From NCBI RefSeq assembly GCF_009914755.1, contig NC_060928.1: a DNA stretch of 64,000 nt; one strand, given 5' to 3'. The translations under genes and the position numbers were made by a program. Source of the DNA: the human T2T-CHM13v2.0 reference genome, Homo sapiens. Shown in pieces: positions 1-14,479 of the stretch. Position 1 is the first letter of the stretch. Every line of letters starts with the position of its first letter. Under the pieces are notes generated by a model. The model saw only the letters and a list, made by a program, of their open reading frames with translations, was not told the origin of the DNA and ran no database searches.

Positions 1-670
1 ATATTGACTGTCCACTAAGTCTTCTCTAAAACCACCTCAGCAGAGAGGGAAGGTATGCCTTGTTTCTGCAGGGAAAGGGAGGAATTCCTGGCTTTCTATG
101 TGGTCTTCCTGGCACTGTGAGGTATGAAGCTCACTATAGGATGGTGGGGCATGAAAATCCAGTTCATTATTTGTCCTTTCCTGACACTATCTTGAGTTAG
201 GTGTGATGGTACCTCAATACCACCTGGTAAGACTGGAAGTCTGGGCTCCCCATTTGGGCTTTGCTGTCTTAAGTGGGATTGCATTTCTTCCTGTGGTGTT
301 GGGCTGGAGTAGAGCAGTTGTCTAAAGCTTTTCTGTCTTGCTAGGCTTCCCCTTTCCTAACCTCTAGGGAATATTAGATTTGCTAGAGAAATTAGGCTTT
401 TGTTGGGACTTTGATTTTTGTCTGTACCTGCTGATGTTGCCATGTTGCCAGTTTCTTCATCTTCAAGTCTAGGATGTACGAAGCAAAAGGAAAATTCTGG
501 GAATTCACCTCCACGTTGTTCCTCAGGTTCCAAGGTACACAGCCAGCCTGTGCTTATATCCACCACTGGGCATCTCCCTAAGTTTGTTATACATACTGTG
601 TCCAGGTTTTTTAGTTGTACTTAGCAGGTAGAATAGGAAAAAGTATGTCTGTTCCATCTTCCCCGAAGTG
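1..670 (-). mobile_element. Old L1M-type fragment (5' region), probable
   Basis: T/G-rich degenerate sequence resembling the reverse strand of an old L1 5' end. Family assigned by eye. Confidence 0.4.
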
Positions 671-2064
671 AGATTCTTGCTATCTTTTGATATTTAGTGG
701 TGGGGCGGGGTTGGGGGAGGGGTGGATTTTTGGTAATTTTTTTAAAAGGTGCAAAATTATCTTGCATAGACCTGGAATTCACCATTAATTTACTCATCCA
801 TATGGGAATATAGGGCTTATTAGTGGTGGAACCTGAAATCTTCCTTTGTGCCATATGTAGCAGTTAATCACTCAAGATTATATTAGTACATATTAGTTGT
901 TTCTCAGAATTCTGATGAAAGGGTCAATTCACAATAGAGTGATGTCACCCTGTCACTTTTAGAAATCAATAAATCTATGGAAAAGAAATCTGTTCACATG
1001 AACTAGGTAAATGTGAAAAGCAGACATAATGTATTGGGATGCAGAGATGAAGAGCAGACATGGGATAAAGCATTATTTATAAAACCACTTTGCAGAAAAA
1101 AACATTTTCAAAATCACTAAGCTATTAAGATTACATTTTAGAATCCTACTATTTTATCCCTGATATTGGGCATATGAACTCCAAATCAAATACCCCCATT
1201 CCTGATGAGAAGGAAAGTTTACAAAAGAGAAGATAAGAGAGAGATAAAACAGAATGAATTAATTTTAAGCCTAAGACCTCAATATTAAGCCTACCTTGAT
1301 ACCTTTTAAAACATGATACTGGTGAAAAAAGTATTTAAATATTTGGCTCTTGCTAGAAGTATAACATATTCTCCCTCTTCTAAGAGACATGACATGAATT
1401 CTGTTCTTACGTCCTGTTCTTCACAACTAAACTAAATTAGAAAAACAATTATGGAAAATTTTTAAATAATCACTATTTTAGAAGATTTTTTCAGATGTGA
1501 CAAAGATCATCAAATATATCATGTAAGTAGCTATTTACTGACTCTACATTTGTTTCATATTTAATGAACTGCCAAAGTTAAGTGAATCCTAGAGTTCAAC
1601 TGTCAAAAATTTTTATTAGTGTTTATTGTTTGGTATTAATTATTATTCAATATTGGGTTTTTTTTAATGCTATACACTTTTCTGATAAGTCAATAATTAG
1701 GAACATAAATGTAAATAAGGTCTTTTCCAGGGATTGTGATTAAGGTTTTGTCATCCATTTTCACATAATACAGTGATTTTTTTTCTTCCCTGCCTTGTTC
1801 AAAGTTTATTAACAAATCATCACTTTGCAGCATGTTAGAAAGGATGAAACTTGAACAGTTAGGGCAAAAATGCAAAAGAATGACCAGAGAAGCTCAAGGA
1901 TATTTTTAAAAAACAACACATATACCTGAAAAATAATCTATGTAGAATGTATCTCAGATGAGAAACCTAAACATTTCTTAACCTATAAATATTTAAAGAA
2001 GACATATATACATAAAAGTATTATCACAATGCATGATTCAGCTGCCTTTCACTTTGCCTTTAAG

Positions 2065-2205
2065 ATTCCTGACAACCTGGCTGATATTAAGAATCACCAG
2101 GGACATTTGTTTAAAAAGTGGATTTCCAAGAATTACTTATATAGTTCCTGAATCTGGAACTTGGGTCTGTTATTATTGATCAGACATATTTGGGAAACAG
2201 TCTAT
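2065..2205. mobile_element. MER5-like hAT DNA-transposon relic
   Basis: agaatcaccagggacatttgtttaaaaa...tttgggaaacagt resembles MER5. Confidence 0.5.
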
Positions 2206-2333
2206 TAGAGGAACTGAAGTGCAACAATGATAGCACTTGTTCAAAAATGTCAAAACTTTCACCAAACAAACCAACCAACAATACACCATGATATTCTATT
2301 TCACTGAAATCGGCAATTTAAGTCCACGACTCA

Positions 2334-2558
<225 letters not shown>

Positions 2559-2619
2559 CTATGATAAAAGAATGAAAGAAAGAAAAAAAAAACCCTGCTT
2601 TAAAAAGTTTAAAATCCAT

Positions 2620-2810
2620 AGTGTCAGTGTGGTGCCAAGGCAGGCTCATCAACTGTAGAAAATATACCCCTCTTGGGGACGGGGTGTATAGTTAATGGAG
2701 GAGGCTATACAAGTGTTGGGACAGAGGGAGGATGGAAATCTCTGTACCTTCTTCTCAATTTTGCTGTAAACCTAAAACTCCTCTAAAAAATAAAGTCTTA
2801 TAAAAAAGAG
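2620..2810 (+). mobile_element. L1MC/L1MB 3' end fragment
   Basis: ggaaatctctgtaccttcttctcaattttgctgtaaacctaaaactcctctaaaaaataaagtct is a typical old-L1 3' terminus. Confidence 0.75.
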
Positions 2811-4784
2811 TTTTGGATCTTATGTACTGTTCTTTGGGTTTTTCTGAATTATAACAGGAACCAATGGCATCCTCGGGTACTCCCATCCCCCAGGATCCTC
2901 ACTGATTACCACGTAAAACAGTCATCCTAGTTCTGAGGTTTTGGCCATGTCTTCAGTGACCTATATGCCTCCAAAGAAAAGACCACAATTTATCATGTTT
3001 AAAACTTGCTGTTCCATTCAAATTTTACTTTCTTGCTTTGTCAGAATAAAATGTTGGAATGCTGTTAGACACTTAGAGAAAGATATTTTCTTCTTTGCAT
3101 TTATTTTTAGAATAATTTATTTTAGTAGATATCCAATAACATCCAGAATATATTTAGTGAACTTTTCTTAAAAGCTCTCTGTGTTACAAAAATGACCATA
3201 TACACTTTTTCACAATGAAAGCCCATTTTCTCATGTTTAATATAGCATGTAAGTTCTATGAAATAAGTAATTTGAGAAAAATAAAAGCTGATTTTATAAT
3301 AATGAAAGAATAATAAAGGACGATTATTGTCCATAATACTTCAAGAAGATTTGGCTAAAGAGATTTCCCAATTAGATCTTTCATAGTTAATTTTAAAAGG
3401 AGTCAATGATTTCAACTAAATTATTGCTCACAATTTTGGACTAACGCGTAGAATGACAAATGTTGACAGCTGAGTATATGTGTAGTGTTTGTATATACAC
3501 AGTATATGAAAATAAGTACCACATATGTCTTTATAAATATTTTTTTCTAGATTTTTGAAATGAGCCAATAAATTAAATATAGACCTCATTGTAAGCATGA
3601 TTAAAGCAAACATTATAAGACCACTTCATTTGCATGCAAAATAGCCAAGGCTGAAGATACTCACAAGAACTGAAAACCATTTTTCATCTATTTTTCTATT
3701 TCTTGAATACCAAATTATGAGACATCAGAATATAGTAACCAACCAATCACAACGGATGCTTTAATAATATCAGAACAGGTAGATTGCTTATGTTATTGGT
3801 AGGTCAAAGTCAGAGTTTGTACTGAATGTTACAAATCTGTACATCCTCTTGATCAATATTTGTGCCCTGAGACTATATTCTAACTGCAACTAAGGTTACA
3901 CACCAGAAAATATTTTTTCTGCTTGCTAGCTGCCCCATGTATCTTCCAAAGTGACAATGGAGCAGAATTCACTTCAGCTTTTTGCCAGAAAGCTCACGAT
4001 ATTGTGGAAATCTCACTCGCCACAAGGATCTACAGAACCTGTAAATGGGGATATGTGAACAAGCTTCTACCAGCCTAGAATAGGTCATCTTCTCTTAGCC
4101 TGTAGTCCAGGGCACCAGGAAGCACAGCTCCATGGTTGGTGGCCAGTTCTTGTTTCCTTCGCCATTCTCCAGTGTGTGCCCTCAATACCACTAAAGGAAT
4201 CAGTGACTGACCAAATCAGTTTCTCTCTGCTTTATAGCCAGGAGAAGACTGAACAAGGTCAAGTTATAATCATACCTGCCAGGAAAGATAACTGACTAGT
4301 AAAGAATGTACATTTGTACTGATTTATAAGATACATAATCAAGTTGTTTGAAGCACTTTTGCTGTAACATTTCTTGATTTAGAACTCTCTGTAGCTGTTC
4401 ACCACACTTAGGCTAAAATAAAAGTACTCTTTAAGTTGCAGTATATGTAATAAAATTTGGTAGAATCTCTTTATCCTTATGTTATTAGTACTAGTGATAA
4501 ACTTTACAGATACATTTTCATTTCTTCCGGGAACACTTTTTGCTCCAAATATGTGCTAGAAAAGATGTTTAGTATCTTTCAGCTTCTAAGTAATACAAGG
4601 AAAAAGCAACAGTCACCTGTCACCAAGGCCAAATGTTATCATATACCCATTGTAATGCTCTTTCTGAAATATCTCTATCTCTTAATACATTTAGTTTAGG
4701 GAAGTAAGAACCACATGAGGCCCCTGGATGACAATAATCCTGTCATTCATGACAGCATGGAAAATATGATTTTGTGGTCTATTG

Positions 4785-4925
4785 TACTGCATGGTAAGTA
4801 CAGTTAATAATAATGTATATTTCAAAATCGCTAAAAGAATAAATTTTTGACATTCTCACTCCTAAACTATATTAAGTTAGTGAGATGATGAATATGTTAA
4901 TTAGCTTGATTAAATCTTTCTATGC
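4785..4925 (+). mobile_element. L1MA 3'UTR fragment
   Basis: acagttaataataatgtatatttcaaaatcgctaaaaga...tatgttaattagcttgatt. Confidence 0.6.
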
Positions 4926-5933
4926 TTTGGTTCAGGGCCAGGGTTCAAAGCAAAACAAAAATAACCATGTCCTGAAAACCTTAGAAACTAAGATTTTACT
5001 GCTCCTTACAGTTTTGGTTTTGCTTTGCCTGCAAATGAACATTGAGATGGAAAGCTATTAAATAACCAAATTCAGCATTTCAAAAATGTTTTTTTAAGGC
5101 TGATTCTTCATAGCCACAGTATCCCATTATACCCAGCAACCAATTATATTAATTATTTTTGAATTTTGGCCATTTGTGAAAATGTGTAAAGAAAGGGGCA
5201 AGTAAACGGACAGTCAAAATAGTACCACCCTAAGAGAAGTCCTAATAACTAGACTTGAAATAACTTGCCTGTAATAAAATTCCCTGGAGTGAAGAAGAAA
5301 AAGGGCCTTGTACAACACATTTTGTATATGGCAAAAGGTTAAATTACATCTCTACATGACGCTACTCAAGAAGGCAACTTGGAGTGAATTAAAAGTTCAA
5401 ATATGATGGGTAAAATTTTTTAAAAGAAAATTTAGCAGAGCATGTGGCCTTGAGGTAGGACAAATTATTTAAAAAGCACAATAATATTGATCATAAAATA
5501 AAGGTTAATAAATTCTACGATGTCAGAATTAAGAAATTCTGTTCATCCAAAGGTCACTTAAGGTTAATGAAAACATAAATTATACTGCAAGAAGGTATTT
5601 GCCACATATACAACTGACAGTTGATTATTAACATGCTTTAAAATATGTCATACCAATAATTGAGAAAAAGAGAAACAACTGAGTAGAAAAATGGCCAAAA
5701 CAATCACAACATTTTACTAGGCAGGCATTGCAAATACCCAAGAAGTATCTGAAAAAATGTTCAACCACATAAGTAAACAAAGAAGTGCAAATTAAGATAC
5801 TAATGAGATACCATTTTATATTTACTGGGCTGTTAAAAATGAGACTTTTGATGATATCAGAATTTGTCAAAAATACAGGGCAAAATGATCCTTTATACAT
5901 CGCCGCGAAAAGTATAAAAAGATGGAAAAAATT

Positions 5934-6242
<309 letters not shown>

Positions 6243-6616
6243 TTAACATTGTAACATAAATTTGATATATGCACACTCAGGATACAAACATTTTAGTTCA
6301 AAATACAAAACTTAAATCCTTATGCTTGTGCAACAGAAGACATATACAAAAGTATTTATAGCAACACTGTTAGCTCTAAGGAAAAACCAAGACAAACCAA
6401 ACCAAAACCTGGAACCAATTCAAATATCCATTGGCAGAAAAATGCGTAATAAACTGTGCCACGTCAATAAAATCAAATACCTAGTAGTGAAAATAAATTA
6501 CCACCATTTCCAATGATGAGGATGAATCTTATAAATGTAAAACAGTAAAAACAAAAAAAGCAAATGCTGGAGATATAATGTATGGCACCATTTTTGTAAA
6601 ATTCAAAACCAAGCAA

Positions 6617-6617
<1 letters not shown>

Positions 6618-6653
<36 letters not shown>

Positions 6654-6716
6654 TTATGTGTATGTATGTATGTGTGTATGTATGTGTATGTGTGTGTATA
6701 TACATACATATACATA
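6618..6716. repeat. Compound (CT)n(TA)n(TGTA/TG)n microsatellite
   Basis: Directly visible. Confidence 0.9.
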
Positions 6717-6939
6717 TTCATCAATATAGAATTATAACTACCAACTTTATGATAGTGATTAGCTAGGGAAATGCTGGGGAATGAGATAGTGAATTATACA
6801 GGTATCTTTAATATTGGTAATGTTTTAGCTCTAAGTCTAGGTAAAGGATTCAATAGTGTTTATGTTATTAAATTATACATCATCACATATATATTATGTA
6901 TGTAATTATATACCAAAAGAAATTGTGTTATCGTAAGAA

Positions 6940-7810
6940 TCCTTATAGCTGAAAGAGGAGGAAGAGAGTCAGTGCCAAAATGAGGTGATGTGAAACCGAC
7001 TGGGTCTCTGGTAGAGGAAAAGGGCCAAGAAAGAGCCAAAGAATGTGGGCAGCCTCTAGAAGCTGTAAAAGCAAAGGAATGGATTTTCTCCTAGAGCCTC
7101 CAGAAGGAACACAGCCCTGTAGACACCTTGAATTTAGTCTGGCAAAACACACTGGACCTCTGACCTCAAGAAGTGTAAGGTAATACATTTGTGTTGTTTA
7201 AGCCACTTGCAGAATAAATATTTTTAAAGTTTTCTGTATGTTGTGTTTTTTTGACATCTTAAAAAATCCTTCTGGCTGTGAAGAGACTACCTCTCCCCAG
7301 TGCCAGTCAAATTTCAGAGATAGCAAAGGGCCCAGCCTGGAGCATGTCTTGAGTAAACAAACTCATAACCTCAGAACCTTCCCCCCTCTATCAGCCAGTG
7401 CACCCAGAAGACAGTGTTCCTGTGCCTTAGTCATCTCAGGGCTAGGTACCAGGCAACTAGAAACCATCTCTATAGCCCAAAGCCTGGCAAAATTATTCAA
7501 ACGAGGCAACCTTAAATAAACAGTTCACCTTGCCCTGCCTGCCTTTGCAGAAGAAACCTCAATAAAGGCTGTGGCTTAAACTTTCATGCTCCTACCTTCT
7601 GCTTCCTGACCACCATGATGTCTTTCCCACATGGCCCTGCATGGGATGCTGTGCCTCTTGTCTCTAGGACCCGTGAGTATAATAAACTGTGTTTTTTCCT
7701 GAGTCTCCCTGTTTCTTCTGTGGCCACATCAGACTGACCATCTCATAAAAGAATAAAAACACCACTCAATTTGTGGCAATGTGTTACAGTAGCAATAGGA
7801 AACTATTATA
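6940..7810 (+). mobile_element. MLT1 (MaLR) LTR split by a nested LTR
   Basis: gcagcctctagaagctg...ttctcctagagcctccagaaggaacacagccctg...ttgtttaagccact, resuming at 7767 with caatttgtggcaatgtgttacagtagcaatagga. Confidence 0.85.
7208..7761 (+). mobile_element. Solo LTR (probably ERVL class, MER54/73/74-like) nested in MLT1
   Basis: TG...CA termini, 5-bp target-site duplication CCACT (7203-7207 / 7762-7766), internal AATAAA. Confidence 0.75.
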
Positions 7811-9398
7811 TCTTTTTGAACTGATTTGCATACAATATTATTACCAGTTTTCGAAGACATCTCTAAAACAATAGACTTTCTTTTTTTTTTGGCCGGTAAT
7901 TGGAGATGGTAGAAAACTTAAGGCAAATACCACTGGATTCATAGCCAGATGGAAAAAATAATCCAGAATTCTTTCTGTTTTAAAAAATCCTAATCAGAGA
8001 TCTTGGCAAATTTCAAAATGATCAGAAAATAATTCACCTTTGTCAAATAATCAAGAATGAAGCTCAGACTTCTTACCAATGTCTCACTGGTTTAGCTGCA
8101 TAAGCTTTTACAGTTCTGAAGTGCTGTACAATATAGGTTCCCATGCGTCAGGAAGCACAGAATACCGACACCCAATGGTGCAATAATTGCTTCTAACATC
8201 ATCTCTGTAATATCCCCCATGTTGCCTATACCATCTGCTCTAAGAACCCCGCCACAGGGAGAGTTGTCGTCTGGGGCCACTGATTCTGCAGTAATGGCCC
8301 ATTGGGAAAGTGCCTTTCAATTCTCAGTTACTAAAGCAACAGGGAAGAAAGTCATTTTATAAGAACTATTTAGAGGCTTAAAAGGTTATCTTAAATCTCC
8401 CTCTGACTTCTCCATTATCCATATGTACAATTATTCTCCTAGAAAAAAGAAGATTTTAAAATTCCAAAATTTTTTTAAAAAGCAATCTAATTGTGTACCA
8501 GTTCTGGAAACATGCAATTAAGAGGGATTGATTAGAACATAAAATGTGCTGAATCAATTAAATAACACTCTTCATATCTCATTTAGTAACCTCTGCGTAA
8601 ATATAAGATTGAAAATTAAAATACTAGCAAAAACAATACAAAGCTGTATTCCATTAAGAATACTACCCATTCTGTACACTCGAATGCAATAATTTCTGGA
8701 GAGGTAAACTTAGTTCATGGGAACACTCTTTCAGAAGTTGAAATAAATTGATTTCAATTAATATAGCTCATTCAGTTTGTGGGCACCTCGATTTAGGTGT
8801 AAACACCTACAAAGGGCCAGTACTCCTAGTAGCTGCTTGCTGTCAATGAAAAATAGTAATTTTTGTTGCTCTTGGATTGCAAGGTAACAAATTAATCTCC
8901 CGCTAAGGTGCTGCACAGCTGTGCTCCACAAGCCCCCATTCATCCACCAGCCCCTTCTGTCTTTGATGCTCACTTAATATTTCTATTCAATTCTCCTTTG
9001 TCTGCTAATTGTATGACTAATTTTCAGCCTTAAAAAAAAAAGGCTAGATAACCAGGTGGACTTCACTCTGTCCTTCACAGCAAGTTGTGTCAACAAGCCT
9101 GTGGGTAGGAGAAAAAAATGGCAGAAGTTTCTACATCATTTTTCTGCCCACTTCTCAGCTCCTAAACTCCAATTTACTCCATTTTGTGTCAAACCCACTA
9201 GGAAGAGGAAGCTCATCTACTTCTCCTGGTTTAGACAACATGGACATGGAAGTCTACTAATACTTTTGCTCATGACCTGAAATTTGCATCACAAATCCAC
9301 TCATTCCAACAGAATATTGTCTCTGGATTGATTTTATTGCAACTTGATGTTAATTACACAATTTACATGTTAAAATAAACATAATCGTTTACACATAA

Positions 9399-9711
<313 letters not shown>

Positions 9712-10074
9712 TCATTTTGTATATTTAATATGTGGGCATCTGCTTACTATTATTTTTGGACCTTCACTAAACAATTGTTCTACTACTGGAACATATGACG
9801 TGGCTCCTAAAACAGTGAAAATCTCTGGGGAAATGAAGTATCATTTGGTCTTTGGAACATTCTATTATCAATCAACACTACAAATGATCTTCAAATCAGA
9901 TTTCTAAGAATTTCTTCCCAGTAATGGGAAGAAAATTTTTTGAGAAAAGTTGGAGATACTTCAAAATTTTGAGGTGGATAAGAGTGTCATAGAATCATAA
10001 TGATTTTGAAGACATTCCAACTACTGTGTTTCCTTAAATGTCTGATATAAACTGTATTCTATTTTATTAATGTG

Positions 10075-10495
10075 TGTTTTTAAAATTTAAAAAATTGTGG
10101 TCAAATATACATAACATTTATCATCAAAGATGATAAATTTAAATTTAAAATTTTAAAAATTTAAAAATTTAAAAAATCGTGATCAAATATACGTAACATT
10201 TATCATCAGAGACATTTTATACATTAACAGTATTATGCAGTATTACAGTATTACGCAGCCATCACCACCACCACCTAGTTTCACAACATTTTTTTCACCC
10301 CACAAGGAAATCCTGTATCCAGTTAGTGATCTCCTTTCCTCCTCCTCTAGTCTCTGGCAAGCACTCATCTGCTTCCCGTCCCCATAGATTTACCTACTCT
10401 GGATATTTTAAATAAATTGAATCACACTATACGTGACCTTTTGCATCTGGCTTCTTCCACTTAGCATAAGTTTTTACAAGGTTTTATGGTACATT
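10075..10495 (-). mobile_element. L1MB-type 3' end with local ~50-bp duplication
   Basis: catagatttacctactctggatattt...tggcttcttccacttagcata. The aaaatttaaaaaat(t/c)gtg(g/a)tcaaatatac(a/g)taacatttatcatca segment occurs twice. Confidence 0.75.
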
Positions 10496-11360
10496 TAAGA
10501 ACACAGAGGTCATTTGTTTATAGAAGTGTGAAGGGCCTTTTTGAGAGAATTATGTATGTAAGGTGATATGTAATATGTAATAGTTTCAGAGATATATTTT
10601 TGGAAGTGAGTGTTCTATACACAATGATGTATATGTACATGTATAAGCCATCACAATGCCTGTATATATGTATTATACATAAAACCCATGGGAATCCACA
10701 ATCATCATAAAATATGAAAACAATAGCTACTATTAATAAAATGATACTAACTTTCAGGCATAAAACTAGATGCTTTAAAAATAATTTGGAATTGAAGAAA
10801 TAATAAGTAAAATTGCCCTGTATATAAAGTTTCAGGATCATACTGATGCTTGTAAAGGCCTAACAGCTTCATCTTGCATACAAGTACTTTTCATGATAGC
10901 GACATCTGACACTGTCAGGGTTTATCTATTTACTTCACACTAATCAGTGTTTTTTTTAAAATATCATATGTAATTTGGGACTAATGTTATAGAACTAACA
11001 AAGAAAAAAAGATTTATTTTGGGCCTGTGTAAGATCAAATTTTACCAAAATAAATAATGTGAACCAAGTTTGTTTACCTCAAGTGTTTCCAGTTTAAAGA
11101 TATCTAGATTTTTAGTTATACACACACATATTTAAAAATTTCATCTATTTAAAGGTTCACACTTCCCTTCACAGTTTTATTAAACTATTAACACGTAGTA
11201 GCTTGGCATTTGATAAAAGATATGGTTTAGTAAATAAGAACAAAGGAATAGACATTATTGGCAAAAACTTTGTTGTATTTGACATTTGTCCTCAGTAAGA
11301 AAACTGAACATAAATATAATTATTCCAATAATTATTTTCAAATTTTTCTGAATGCTAAGG

Positions 11361-11674
11361 CTTTTTTTTGTGGTTTTTTGTTGTTGTTGTTGTTGAGACA
11401 GAGTCTCTCTCTGTCGCCCAGGCTGGAGTGCAGTGGCACAATCTTAGCTCACTGTGACCTCTGCCACCTGGGTTCAAGCAATTTTGGTGCCTCAGCTCTA
11501 AGAAGCCAGGATTATAGGTGCCCACCACCATGTCTGGAGAAATTTTGTATTTTTAGTAGAGACGGGGTTTCTCCAAGTTGGCCAGACTGGTCTCGAACTC
11601 CTGACCTCATCAGATCCGCACGCCTCGATCTCCCAAAGTGCTGGGATTACAGGCGTGAGCCACGGTGCCCAGCC
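11361..11674 (-). mobile_element. Alu (AluS-like) with (TTG)n tail
   Basis: Standard reverse Alu ending gtgcccagcc. Imperfect aatgct.a.gct duplication. Confidence 0.95.
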
Positions 11675-12759
11675 AATGCTCATGCTTGTTATCACAGTTT
11701 TACATTTTAACTGATATTTAAATTTTCAGAAATTTAAACCACTTATTTTCTTTGGGAATTTTTTTAATTCATGAGGACTTTTATGGCATACAACTAACTA
11801 TGAAATGTGAGAGGTTAAAAATTAAAGGAAAAATGTTCCACTTTGGAAGAATTTTAGTTAATGAAATATTATGTCAAAGAAAAAAAATAAATTGCATTTG
11901 TTTTCTTTCTGAGCAATTCAGATAATTCTTACATAGTTGTTTATTGATTTGGAGATTGGCCAAGGAACTCTGTGGAGGTTAAGTGTACTGTAAAGCTGGA
12001 GAGGAATTAACTTCTTTTAGAAACTATCATTGAATATTGCTGCCTCATTTAGGACAGCTCTTGACAGTAACAGATGAAATGTTTGCTTCTTCTGCAACAA
12101 ATAAAATTTTAAAGTCCACAATTCACTCTTAACTGAATAAGACATATATAACCTATTAAAATCAGAATTAAAAGAAAAATGTAATCAATCATTAGATATT
12201 TTCTACTTGGGTAGAGAACACCACTCATTTTAATATTTCTACATTTACAGGTATTTGGATTTATGCATACATATATAAAGGTATTTGAATGTAGGGTATC
12301 ACAGGCAAAAGATAGGTTGCAAAATTTTGGCGTGTTCTTGCATTGCATACAAATATTTGGCAACCTGTGAGTATTACCTTCTATTTGAGCATGTAAACTT
12401 GAGGAAATTCATATTTTGTTGAATGTAAATCCTAGTGTAGGTTTAGCATAATGTTGCAGCTGAAACTTTTAGAAATACTTAAGTATGATTATTTCATTTC
12501 CACATTATAGTTTTGATCTGTTCGGAATCGATTGATATTTCTTTTCTCTGTAAAATTAGCTTGCTATTTATACTCGAATACTTTCATGACAAAAAAATTA
12601 TTTGAAGTGATGAGAACACATGTACTAAATTAAGCATCTTTACCAGTGGTGTATTGTAGGACAAGAACAACAACTGAGATCTCACTGCTTTTCATTCAGG
12701 CCTTTTGCTATCAAAATAACTCAGCATGCCACATAATATACTGCTTACCACAAGTGACA

Positions 12760-14470
12760 CCATCTCATAGGCAAGGTCTCTTTTATGGTGGCAGATTATT
12801 TTCTCTCAGGGACTATGCCCATATACCAGCTGAATTCCACTGAGCAACTTCTGTTCAAACCATGTAGAAAAGGCTCAGTAAAGCCCTGCTCAGATCTCTG
12901 GCTTACAAAATCATGGCATGTAATGAAATGTTTGTTTTGTATAAACCACAAAGTTTTGGGATAGTTTGCTATGCAGCAACAACTGGAATAGAACTAGGAA
13001 ACTAGAAGTGGGTGCTGCTCTAAGAAGAAAACTTAAAACATGTTCCCTTGACTCTGGGAGCAGGTAGCAAGAAGTAGGTTGCAAGGATTTGAAGAGATTG
13101 TTGTGATGGTTAAAGGAATGAGAAGGAAATTCTTATTAGAGGAGAGAAAAGAAAATCCACCCCTACATTGTGGGGCAGAAAGCTTGACAACTCATTTCAG
13201 TAATGTAGAAAACAGAATATGCAACTAATGAACTGTTGCATTTGGCCAAGAATATTTTCTGGTAAATTCCTGAAAAATTCCACTTCACTTTTTTGTGGGC
13301 TCTGGGTAAAGATCTTCTCAAGGATGTGACTACGACCCCTTGCCTATACTTCAGAAATATTAAAAATGTGCCTCATAAATGTTCTCAATTAGATTAAAAA
13401 GTTTCTAAGAATCATAAGAGCATTATCTCAAAGAATCTTGATTCCCAACCCAAGGTAGAGAATCATAGGAAGCCCACAAAAATGTTAAGAGAATTAGACT
13501 AGTAGAAGCACCATTGGCTTCATTTGAAATGGGCAGGGACAGTTCAAAATGCAAAGAGCTTGCAAGGTTCCCACATTTCTATGAGCAGGAAGCGGTATGA
13601 AAAGGCTACTTTGTAGCAAACATGGCTCATTTTTACCGAAAAGGAAAGATGACTCAGAAGGCAGAAACAAGAGCCAACACGGTAAAGTCAAGATCCACAT
13701 TTTCTGGGAGCAGGACTGGGCCTTAATAATGTAACTGGAAGGATATGCTTTCCCAGGCTCCAGAATTGCTATGAACCAGTGACTACAATGTACTTCCCAT
13801 CACCCTTTCCCTATTGAATGGGAACACCTTATCCCTATTGCAGTTTTCCTATTCTGTATCGCCTCTGTAGGCTGACTTTGTGTGGGATAGAAAACCTGTT
13901 CTTAAATTCACAGGTCTTTTGATCGAGAGGAATCATAAGATCCACCTTTTGGGAACCTCATTTGCACTCGCATCTAATTTAGTTGACACAATTCCAGACT
14001 TCAAAACAATGCTATAGTGGGACAAAAAAGCTGGGGTCTTTAGGAAGGGGTGTTTATGTTTTGCATATTGGAAGAATGTAAACAATGTCACTAGAAGGCC
14101 GACTGTGTCAGATTAAAGATGTCCTATGGGTTGTAAGAATCCTCAAAGCTATTACCCTGTCTCTTGAAGCGCTCTGAGACACAGCTGGCTGCCATGTCAG
14201 AAGTTAGAAACCCCAGAGAAACTACACTGAAGGAGCCACATGTAAGAACTCTGGTCAACAGTCCCAGCTGGGTCCAGATTTCCAGGCTTCCTCACCAAGA
14301 CACTAGGCATATGAATGAAACCATTTTGAATGCTGATCCTCCAGCTGAAACCAGAGATTTTATATCAATGACAAGAGGAGCAGAAAAGTTACCCAGCAAA
14401 TCCCTGCCTATATTCCTGATCCACATACATGTGAGACCTAATAAAATTGGTGTTGTTTTAAGCCATTTTA
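12760..14470 (+). mobile_element. MLT1 MaLR element: LTR, internal remnant, LTR
   Basis: Two MLT1-like LTR 3' ends (aaaccacaaagttttgggatagtttgctatgcagcaa ~12960; ggtgttgttttaagccat ~14460) around MaLR-internal-like sequence. Confidence 0.6.
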
Positions 14471-14479
14471 TTGTTGATG

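Noticed and set aside
8092-8280. 62-aa ORF as an independent protein
   Set aside because: GTG start and no recognisable family. In the candidate exon it follows an in-frame TAA, so it was kept only as a splicing candidate.
9911-9934. Perfect 10-bp hairpin with GTAA loop
   Set aside because: A stem of this length is plausible by chance in 64 kb of AT-rich DNA, and nothing else supports it.
11258-11710. Alu-derived ORFs (also 5950, 9408, 30482, 34437)
   Set aside because: Typical Alu translation artefacts (LSPRLECSG...).
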